From Actinomycetes bacterium (GTDB lineage Bacteria > Actinomycetota > Thermoleophilia > Gaiellales > Gaiellaceae), in the NCBI GenBank assembly GCA_025964535.1, contig JAOPYX010000095.1:1-55873 (forward strand): a stretch of 55,873 nucleotides of DNA, given 5' to 3'. The translations under genes were made by a program, and so were the position numbers. Shown in pieces: positions 37,740 through 45,062 of the stretch. Within the stretch, counting starts at the first letter, position 1, and each line of letters starts with the position of its first letter. The notes below the pieces were generated by a model. It made no database searches. It worked only from the letters and a program-made list of their open reading frames with translations, and had not been told where the DNA came from.

Positions 37740-38593
37740 TCGGACTGGACGCGATCGCCCGCCCCAGTGGTGTGTTCTGCATGGTGGCGATGGACCAGCG
37801 GGAGTCGCTGCGCTCGATGCTCCGGGACCGCGGCAAGCCTGACGGCGATCAGGCGGTCGTCGACTTCAAGCTCGCTGTCGCGCGTGAGCTCGGGCCGTAC
37901 GGCTCCGGCTTCCTGATCGAGCAGGGGCCGGCATTCGACGAGATCGTGCGCGGAGGAATCCTGCCGAAGGCCTGCGGCTTGCTCGTGGCAGCCGACGCGC
38001 TCGATCAGGAGCGCGGCGGGATGGTCGAGGACACGTCGCTCGATCCGGCTGTCGATCCGTACGCCGCGGCGTCGGCGGGGGCGGCGGGACTGAAGCTGCT
38101 CGTGATCTGGCGCGACGACGCCGAGCGCCCGCGTCGTCTGGTTCTTGCGAAGACATTCGTCGAGACGGCGAGCGAGGCGGGGCTCCTCTCCGTGCTCGAG
38201 GGCATCGTTCGCGGTCCCGAGGGCTACGACCGCGATGCTGCGATCGTCGAGGCCGCCGAAGAGCTTGCCTCGGTCGGTCCGTCGCTCTACAAGGTCGAGG
38301 TGCCCGCGCACGGCAAGGGCGACGAAGCGGAGCTGAGCGCGCGCTGCGCCGCGATCGACAACGTGGTCGACGTGCCGTGGGTCGTGCTCTCGAACGGCGT
38401 CGCGCCGGAGGACTTCCCTGCAGCTGTCGCTGCTGCCTGCGCCGCCGGCGCATCGGGATTCCTTGCCGGACGCGCGCTCTGGACGAGCGTGCTCGATGCC
38501 GACGATCCTGCGCCGCTCCTCCGTGAGCGCTCCGTGCCGCGGTTGCAGGAGCTCGTCGAGCTCGTCGACGCGAAGGGGCGCCCGTGGCGCTGA
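37736..38593 (+). CDS. class I aldolase of the LacD/tagatose-bisphosphate (YihT-like) family
   Basis: GTGA overlap, AAGGAGG upstream. FCMVAMDQRESLRSML, the Schiff-base-lysine context LYKVEVP and FLAGRALW resemble LacD-type aldolases. Confidence 0.7.
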   Translation: MIGLDAIARPSGVFCMVAMDQRESLRSMLRDRGKPDGDQAVVDFKLAVARELGPYGSGFLIEQGPAFDEIVRGGILPKACGLLVAADALDQERGGMVEDTSLDPAVDPYAAASAGAAGLKLLVIWRDDAERPRRLVLAKTFVETASEAGLLSVLEGIVRGPEGYDRDAAIVEAAEELASVGPSLYKVEVPAHGKGDEAELSARCAAIDNVVDVPWVVLSNGVAPEDFPAAVAAACAAGASGFLAGRALWTSVLDADDPAPLLRERSVPRLQELVELVDAKGRPWR

Positions 38594-39615
38594 GCATCCG
38601 CGGCGTCATCGAAGGCTTCTACGGCCCGCCGTGGACACACGCCGATCGGCTCGACCTGCTCGGGTTCTGCGGCGCTCACGAGCTCGATACGTGGGTGCAC
38701 GCACCGAAGGACGATCCGTATCACCGTGAACGCTGGCGGGATCCCTATCCGGATGCCGAGCTCACGCTGTTGGCGGAGCTCGCCGCAGCGGCGACACGGC
38801 ACGGCGTCGACTTCGTCTGGTCTGTCGGCCCCGGTCTCTCGATGCGCTACTCGGACGACGCTGAGCTCGCGACGCTCGTGGCGAAATGCGAGCAGGTGCG
38901 CAGCGCCGGCATCCACGCCGTGCACCTGCTCTGGGACGACGTCGAGCACGACCTGCACGGGCCCGGTGACGAGGAGCGTTACGGCGGCGAGGTCAAGCCG
39001 AGCGCCGCGGCCCAGGCCGATGTGAGCAACCGCTTTCGCGCGGCGTTCCGCCAGGAGGCGCCCCTCGTCGTCTGCCCGATGGGCTATGCGGGCATCGAGC
39101 GCACGCCGTACCGCGACACGTTCGCGCGGCTGCTCGATCCGGAGATCCTCGTCTACTGGACGGGGCCCGAGGTGGTCTCCCAGGCGATCACGCGGGCAGA
39201 CCTCGACAGTGCAGCCGACTCGTTCGCGCACGAGCTCTTGCTCTGGGACAACTACCCGGTCAACGACTTCGACAACGAGCGGCTGTTCCTCGGGCCGTTA
39301 CGTGGCCGCGACGCCGGGCTCGCGCGCGGCGCGCTCGCCGGCATCCTCGGCAACGGCATGGTGCAGCCTGTCCCTTCGAAGCTGGCGCTCGCGACGATCG
39401 CCGACTTCGCGCGCGACCCTGACGGCTACGACCCGCTGGCGTCGTACGAGCGCGCGCTCGCCGAGCACGGCCCGGAAGTCGTGGAAGCGCTTCGCACGCT
39501 CGCGCCTTCTCCCGCCGACGTCACACGGCCCGAAGACGTCGCCCAGCTCGTCGAGGCGCTCGCCCCCGGTGTCGATGCCGCGACCGGGCTCGCACTGCTC
39601 GAGCCGTTCGCGTGA
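38584..39615 (+). CDS. GH84-like beta-N-acetylglucosaminidase catalytic domain
   Basis: IRGVIEGFYGPPW, the WDDV catalytic Asp-Asp pair context, YWTGP and WDNYPVND are GH84 signatures. No signal peptide and no accessory domains. Confidence 0.8.
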   Translation: MALSIRGVIEGFYGPPWTHADRLDLLGFCGAHELDTWVHAPKDDPYHRERWRDPYPDAELTLLAELAAAATRHGVDFVWSVGPGLSMRYSDDAELATLVAKCEQVRSAGIHAVHLLWDDVEHDLHGPGDEERYGGEVKPSAAAQADVSNRFRAAFRQEAPLVVCPMGYAGIERTPYRDTFARLLDPEILVYWTGPEVVSQAITRADLDSAADSFAHELLLWDNYPVNDFDNERLFLGPLRGRDAGLARGALAGILGNGMVQPVPSKLALATIADFARDPDGYDPLASYERALAEHGPEVVEALRTLAPSPADVTRPEDVAQLVEALAPGVDAATGLALLEPFA

Positions 39616-41081
39616 CGGACGTCGCGGTGTTCGGCGCGACCGCAGCGGGTGTCGCCGCGGCAGTCGGGGCGAGCGAGGCCGGCGCCGAGGTGGTACTCGC
39701 CGGGCCTGGAACCCATGTGGGCGGGATGGTATCCGGCGGTCTCGGCTGGACCGACGTTGGCGACGTCCGCGCGCTCGGCGGCTTTGCGCGCCGATTCTAC
39801 GCCGCGGTTGCCGAGCACTACGACGTGCCGCTCTGGGGTGTGCGCGGGCCCGAGCCGCACGTGGCGGAGCGGTTGCTCGTGCACGAGCTCGAGCGGGCAG
39901 GCGTGGACGTTCGGCTCGGCGAGAGCGTTCCGGAGGCTGCGGTCTATGTCGACGCGTCGTATGAAGGCGATCTCATGTCTACGCGCGGGGTCCCGTATGC
40001 CGTGGGGCGCGAGCCGCGTGAGCTCCACGGCGAGACGTGGGCTGGGCGCCAGCCTGCAACCCGCCCGGGCAAGCACAACTTCTCGGTCACGCTCTCACCG
40101 TTCGGCGACGACGGTGCGCTGCTGCCCTTCGTGCGCGAGCCGCAGCTCGACGAGCGTGGCTGGCCGAAGGACGACCTCGGCGCAGGCGATGGGGGCCTGC
40201 AGGCGTACGCATTCCGCGTCTGTCTCACCGACCGAGTGGACAACCAGCTTCCCTTCGAAGCACCGGAGGGTTATGCGCCCGACGACTTCGAGTTGCTGCG
40301 CCGGTACCTCGCAGCCTGCAGCGACCGTCTCGCCGCCTCCGATCTGCTCGGGCTCGTGCCGGGCCTCCTGCCGAACGGAAAGTGCGACGTCAACTCGATC
40401 GGGCCCTTCTCGCTGAACCTGCTGGACGGGAGCAACCGCGGCTATCCCGAGGGCGATGCCGCCGAGCGGCGGCGCATCAGTGAGCGCCATCTGCACTACA
40501 CGCAGAGCTTCCTCTACTTCCTCTCGCACGACGACTCGGTGCCGTCGCACATCCGAGACGGGGTCGCCGGCTGGGGGCGCTGCGCCGACGAGTTCATCGA
40601 CACCGCCGGCTGGCCGCACCAGCTGTACGTACGTGATGGACGGCGCATGCTCGGGGAGTACGTCCTGCGTGAGGGCGATCTGCTCGATGGGCGCGCGCAA
40701 CCTGACGTCGTCGCGCTCGGGTCGTACAACATCGACCTGCGCGAGATCGAGCGAACATGGCGCTATCTACCCGAGTACGTGCGCGAGCCGGCAGTGTTCA
40801 ACGAGGGGTATCTCTCTGTCGCCGTACCCGCGTACGCGATCCCCTACCGCTCACTCACGCCGCGCCGTGAGGATTCCACCGATCTCCTCGTGCCGGTCTG
40901 CCTCTCGGCGTCGCACGTCGCGTTCGGCTCGGTGCGCATGGAGCCGACGCTCATGCTGCTCGGCCATGCTGCGGGCATCGCGGCCGGGCTGGCGGCGCGG
41001 GCGGCGTGCGCCGTGCAGGACGTCGACGTCGCAGTGTTGCAGCGGCGCCTACTGGACGCCGGGCAGGTGCTCAGCCTTTGA
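39612..41081 (+). CDS. FAD-dependent oxidoreductase (FAD_oxidored/xanthan-lyase-misnamed family)
   Basis: GTGA overlap. Dinucleotide-binding start DVAVFGATAAGVAAA, then GGMVSGGLGWTD. Last gene of the plus-strand sugar arm. Confidence 0.7.
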   Translation: MTDVAVFGATAAGVAAAVGASEAGAEVVLAGPGTHVGGMVSGGLGWTDVGDVRALGGFARRFYAAVAEHYDVPLWGVRGPEPHVAERLLVHELERAGVDVRLGESVPEAAVYVDASYEGDLMSTRGVPYAVGREPRELHGETWAGRQPATRPGKHNFSVTLSPFGDDGALLPFVREPQLDERGWPKDDLGAGDGGLQAYAFRVCLTDRVDNQLPFEAPEGYAPDDFELLRRYLAACSDRLAASDLLGLVPGLLPNGKCDVNSIGPFSLNLLDGSNRGYPEGDAAERRRISERHLHYTQSFLYFLSHDDSVPSHIRDGVAGWGRCADEFIDTAGWPHQLYVRDGRRMLGEYVLREGDLLDGRAQPDVVALGSYNIDLREIERTWRYLPEYVREPAVFNEGYLSVAVPAYAIPYRSLTPRREDSTDLLVPVCLSASHVAFGSVRMEPTLMLLGHAAGIAAGLAARAACAVQDVDVAVLQRRLLDAGQVLSL

Positions 41082-42510
41082 AGGTGATGTACCGCACCGT
41101 GGCGTGGCCGTCGTAGTCGACGGCCCATAGGCGCAGGCGATAGCGTCGGCCCGGGAGGATCTGGCGCGGCTGCAGCTTGATGCGTGCGGTGATCGTGCCG
41201 GGCCGCAGCACGAGGACCTTGAGGCTATGTGTCGGCACGCCGGCCAGCGGGCTCGCCCTGCGGCTGATTGCGGTGCCCTTCGGAAGGATCAGCTCCGGCT
41301 CCTGCTTGGGCCCGAACACGGAGAGGTGCAGGATGGTCTGCTCGTCGACGCTGAACGACACGGGCACGTACAGGCTGCCGGTCGCGGCGATGACCGTCGG
41401 CATCGTCCCGACTTGCTTCAGGATGGGTGCGCCCGTGTGACTGCGGGTCGGGTCACCGAACAGGCCGGATCCGGCCTGCGGCGTCTTCCGGCCCGACTCG
41501 CTCACGCCGGCGTTGCTGCTGAAGAGGACCGCGAAGAGAGTCAAGTGCCGCGTGAGGATCAGCAGCGTGCCCGCGGGATGAGCCGCGCCGTCGGCGGTCG
41601 TCCAGCGGTAGAAGCCGTCCGCCTGCCCGTTGGGGAGGGTCGGGCTCTGCAACTCCGCCGTCGCACGCCAGGCTACGCCGTCGCTCGAGATGAGCGGGAT
41701 GTAGCCACGTGGAAAGCCGCCGGACGGTGGCTCGAAGGTGATGGTCATCGGAGAAGCGAGGTCGTGAACGGGCTGCCCGGTGCTCGGGTTCGTCACGACG
41801 ATGCTCACGATCGCCTGCGCGGAGCCGGTGATCGGCGCCGCCGTCGGCGGCTTGGAATCGACCGTCACGACGGTCGGGGTCGAGAACGTGCCGGCGCTCC
41901 AGGCGACCGCGATCGAGCTGGCAGAGCTGTCGGAGCCCGCCGACCCGGTCGAGTTGTCGCTCGCCGGGTGGACCGTGACACCGCCGCCCGCTGTCGGCGA
42001 CGCGGTCGTCGTCCCGCTCGTCTGATTCGAGTTGCCGCCGGAGTTCCCGCCGCCGTTCGAACCGCCGCCGGAGTTGTCGCCGCCGCCACCACCGCCGCTC
42101 GAGCCGCCGCCACCGGAGCTGCCGCCGCCACCGGAGCTGCCGCCGCCGCCCGAACTGCCTCCGCCCGAGTTGCCGCCCCCGCCGTACTGGTCGAGCGCCG
42201 CGTTGTGCACCTGCGCGACCTGCGCCGCGAGCGGCATCCGCGAGCCGAGGTACGTCGCGTGGCGGGAGACGCTGTGGACCACGTCGGCCGCGAGCGTCGC
42301 GCCGTACGAGAGGCCCCCGACAGCGGCAAGCGCAACGACCATCGCCCCCGTGAGCGCCAGCGCCGGCGCGAGGCGGCGCAGCGGCCGCCGCCGGCGCGGA
42401 GCCGATGCGATGCTTGCCAGGAGGCGGTCGACCAACTCATCCGGCGCGTGGGGCCGGGTCTCCTGCAGCAGGCGAGAGAGCTCGTCGGATCGGCGGGAAA
42501 AGATCTTCAC
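41071..42510 (-). CDS. single-pass membrane protein, putative anti-sigma factor with Gly/Ser linker and extracytoplasmic beta-rich domain
   Basis: Lies 3 nt downstream of the ECF sigma gene. Short cytoplasmic N-terminus, TM APALALTGAMVVALAAVGGL, a (GGGGSS)n linker, then about 330 aa extracellular. No zinc HxxxCxxC motif, so the role is positional inference. Confidence 0.5.
   Translation of the reverse strand: MKIFSRRSDELSRLLQETRPHAPDELVDRLLASIASAPRRRRPLRRLAPALALTGAMVVALAAVGGLSYGATLAADVVHSVSRHATYLGSRMPLAAQVAQVHNAALDQYGGGGNSGGGSSGGGGSSGGGGSSGGGGSSGGGGGGDNSGGGSNGGGNSGGNSNQTSGTTTASPTAGGGVTVHPASDNSTGSAGSDSSASSIAVAWSAGTFSTPTVVTVDSKPPTAAPITGSAQAIVSIVVTNPSTGQPVHDLASPMTITFEPPSGGFPRGYIPLISSDGVAWRATAELQSPTLPNGQADGFYRWTTADGAAHPAGTLLILTRHLTLFAVLFSSNAGVSESGRKTPQAGSGLFGDPTRSHTGAPILKQVGTMPTVIAATGSLYVPVSFSVDEQTILHLSVFGPKQEPELILPKGTAISRRASPLAGVPTHSLKVLVLRPGTITARIKLQPRQILPGRRYRLRLWAVDYDGHATVRYITFKG
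42031..42183 (-). repeat. coding low-complexity tandem repeat encoding (GGGGSS)n linker
   Basis: Iterated 18-nt units such as ggagctgccgccgccacc. The translation is GGNSGGGSSGGGGSSGGGGSSGGGGSSGGGGGG. Confidence 0.85.
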
Positions 42511-42513
42511 GCC

Positions 42514-43026
42514 CTACATACCGCCCGCAAGGTCCAAACCCTTACGTGGCGCCTCGGCCGGTTCGACCGAGAGCTCGGCGCGCAACCGCCGTAGCGCCCG
42601 GTGGAGCGCCACCTCGACGGCGTTCGTCGTCGTCTCGAGCAGACCGGCGATCTGTCTCGCGGTCAGGTCGGAGCCGTACCGGAGGGCGATCAGCTCCCGG
42701 TCGCGTGCGGGCAGGCTTGCGACGGCGGTCCGAAGCGTCAGCCGATCGAGGGCCTCCAGCTCGACGTCTTCGGCGGACGCGACGTCCGCAAGCGCGGCTT
42801 CGTCGGCAAACGGGGGGGCCGCCGCGGGAAGGCAGTTCCGGGCGATGCCGATCAGCCAGGCGACGGGTGTCCCCTTGCGATGGTCGTAGCTCGCCCGGTA
42901 GCGCAGGCCCCGCGCGATCGCCTCGCTCGTCACGTCCTCTGCAATCGTCGGATCGCCGACCACATATGCGATGTAGGCGTAGACGCGGTCGATCAGCGGC
43001 TTGGGGTTCGCGAACGGATCGCTCAC
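42514..43026 (-). CDS. ECF-type RNA polymerase sigma-70 family factor
   Basis: GTG 43026 (GTGA overlap with the upstream stop), 170 aa. Region 2 AEDVTSEAIARGL and VAWLIGIARN. Region 4 LPARDRELIALRYGSDLTARQIAGLL. Confidence 0.8.
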   Translation of the reverse strand: MSDPFANPKPLIDRVYAYIAYVVGDPTIAEDVTSEAIARGLRYRASYDHRKGTPVAWLIGIARNCLPAAAPPFADEAALADVASAEDVELEALDRLTLRTAVASLPARDRELIALRYGSDLTARQIAGLLETTTNAVEVALHRALRRLRAELSVEPAEAPRKGLDLAGGM

Positions 43027-44966
43027 GGCTGGCCTGTCTGGATACGGCTCAGGGACTGAAGGCTCGCGACGTACGCGGCAAGCTCGGGGCTCAGCGGGTT
43101 CAGGCGGCGCACGCGGTTCATCGCCGCGACGCGCACCCGGCCGTCCGATGCCCGGGCGACGTCGAGCCACAACTCCCAGCTACCGGCATCGCGGTCGAGC
43201 GCGCGACCCAGGTCGTGCCTTGCCGCGGCGAGACGTCCGGCGGAGAGCTCCGCTTCGCCGAGCAGCTGCCACGGTTCCGCCGACCAGGGCTGCAGCGACG
43301 ATGTCCGCCGCGCGGCGTGGGCGGCCCCGGCCCAATCTCCACGCGCGACCGCAGCGCTCTCTCGGCCGAGCTCGGCTCGTCCTGCGATCACGAAGAGTGA
43401 CAGGCCGGCCAGCACGACCGCGAAAGCGAGCGGCCCGCGTCGCCTGATCCGGAGTGGGCGCACATCGGCTGCCGTCACGAGTGCGGCGGCACACGCGAGC
43501 GCCACGAGCGTCACGGCGCCGATCTCCCAGTCCCAGTCGACGGTCACGTGCAGGAGATACGCCACGTATGCGCCGGCGGCGCTGCCACCGAGCGCGCGCC
43601 GCCGAGAGCGGACGAGCATGGCGAGTGGCAGCGCCAGCATCGCGACCAGGAGGCCAAGCCCGACTGGGCCGAGCTCCGCGAGGACTTCGAGGTACAGGTT
43701 GTGCACGTCGCGCACCTTGCTCGGGATGTGTCGGTCGCGGGTCCAGTAGCGCTCGTAGGTTCCGGCTCCGGAGCCGAGCCACGGATGCGCCTGCGCTTCG
43801 CTCCAGGCGACGTCCCACTGGGCCACGCGGCCGTTGCTGGAGAGATGGAACAGGCGGGAGTTGAGGTCGGTCGTCGCGGCGGGGAGCGACGAGGAGAACG
43901 TGTGCCAGCCGCGGTGGGCGAGCGTCCACGGGGCGCCGTAGGTGAGGCTTCCAGCGATCCCAGTCGCGACCACTGCGCTGATCAGGGCGCCGACCACGAG
44001 CCGACGCATCGGCCGCGGCAGGGCCACGCGGCGCTCGAGTGCTTCGAGCGCAAGCGTGGTGACGGCGCCGCCGACGGCGAGCACGAGTACGACGATCAAC
44101 AGCCGGTGACCGTCGTGCGAACGGGCGGCGAGCGGAGCGCCGGCCGTGACCAGCGGGCGATCGCGTGACGCGAGCCAGACGGCCGCCGCCGCCCACACGC
44201 CCGAGCCGCCGACCACGGAGAGCATCTGAAGGCGAGCGCGATCGGCGAGGAGGAGCGCGATCGCGCCGCCGGCGAGCGCGATCCAGGCGCCGCGGCTGTA
44301 CGTGAAGTAGAGCGCCAGCGCGAGCGGGACGAGCGATGCGGCGGCGAGCGCACGAAGCACGCGGGCGCGCGCCCGCGCCGCGAGGCCGATGCCCAAGAGG
44401 CACCCCATCGCCGCAAGCAGACCGAGCGCGTTCCAGTAGCCGATCGGCTGGGAGAGGCGATAGCCCGAGATCGCGTCGTTGCCTCCGAGCCGCTCCGGCA
44501 AGAGGCGCGTCAATAGGCCGTAGCCCGCCAACAGCGCGGTGGCCCCCCAGGTGCCGACGAGGATCGCACTGCCCGCGCGGCGGCCGGCGGCGACGAGAGC
44601 GAGCAGCGCAGCGACGTAGAGGAGGACGCGCTGCGCCTCGAGCGCCGTCTGGGCCGGGTTGACGCTCCAGACGGTCGATACGAGCGTCCAGGCGCCGAGC
44701 CCGGTCGCCGCGAGCACGAGGGCGGCGCCGGCACGGCCGATCGCGGCGTCGTCGCCCAGCACGAGCGTCATCCCGGCGAGCCACGAACACGCGAGCGCCA
44801 GCCAGCCCCACGAGCCGGGGAAGTAGCCGCCCCTAGCCGCACCGGCGGCGACGATCACCGCAAGCGTGGCAGCAGCGACGACGAGGCGCCGCGACGCGTC
44901 CGACCGCGGGCGCGCAGCCGCGTCGACCTGAACGGCAAGTCTGGAGACGGCGGGAGGGTGCGACAT
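43023..44966 (-). CDS. O-antigen ligase-like (Wzy_C domain) polytopic membrane protein with C-terminal TPR-like region
   Basis: 647 aa with more than 10 TM segments, a large loop with YSRGAW-type Wzy_C context (FTYSRGAWIALAGG), and a C-terminal soluble helical repeat (WQLLGEAELSAGRLAAARHDLGRAL). Confidence 0.75.
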   Translation of the reverse strand: MSHPPAVSRLAVQVDAAARPRSDASRRLVVAAATLAVIVAAGAARGGYFPGSWGWLALACSWLAGMTLVLGDDAAIGRAGAALVLAATGLGAWTLVSTVWSVNPAQTALEAQRVLLYVAALLALVAAGRRAGSAILVGTWGATALLAGYGLLTRLLPERLGGNDAISGYRLSQPIGYWNALGLLAAMGCLLGIGLAARARARVLRALAAASLVPLALALYFTYSRGAWIALAGGAIALLLADRARLQMLSVVGGSGVWAAAAVWLASRDRPLVTAGAPLAARSHDGHRLLIVVLVLAVGGAVTTLALEALERRVALPRPMRRLVVGALISAVVATGIAGSLTYGAPWTLAHRGWHTFSSSLPAATTDLNSRLFHLSSNGRVAQWDVAWSEAQAHPWLGSGAGTYERYWTRDRHIPSKVRDVHNLYLEVLAELGPVGLGLLVAMLALPLAMLVRSRRRALGGSAAGAYVAYLLHVTVDWDWEIGAVTLVALACAAALVTAADVRPLRIRRRGPLAFAVVLAGLSLFVIAGRAELGRESAAVARGDWAGAAHAARRTSSLQPWSAEPWQLLGEAELSAGRLAAARHDLGRALDRDAGSWELWLDVARASDGRVRVAAMNRVRRLNPLSPELAAYVASLQSLSRIQTGQP

Positions 44967-45062
44967 GTCTGAGGGGGCACCCCGACGGGGTGAGCCCGTG
45001 TCTGATCCTCGCTACTCGGATTCCGGTTTGCAAACGCACCGGTCGAGGGCCTCGCTCGGGCT

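Noticed and set aside
42031-42183. Short tandem repeats considered as a possible CRISPR or minisatellite (also 47631-47684)
   Set aside because: The repeats are in frame within long ORFs and encode (GGGGSS)n and (PTTTTT)n linkers. There are no unique spacers and no cas genes.
44967-45062. ECF-type promoter or terminator in the gap before the Wzy_C gene: hairpin CACCCC-GAC-GGGGTG at 44978-44992, palindrome GTTTGCAAAC at 45026-45035, minus-strand GGAATC
   Set aside because: The hairpin has no U-tract and sits only 12 nt from the start codon. The GGAATC is not followed by a CGT-type -10 at the right spacing. This is too weak to call either feature.
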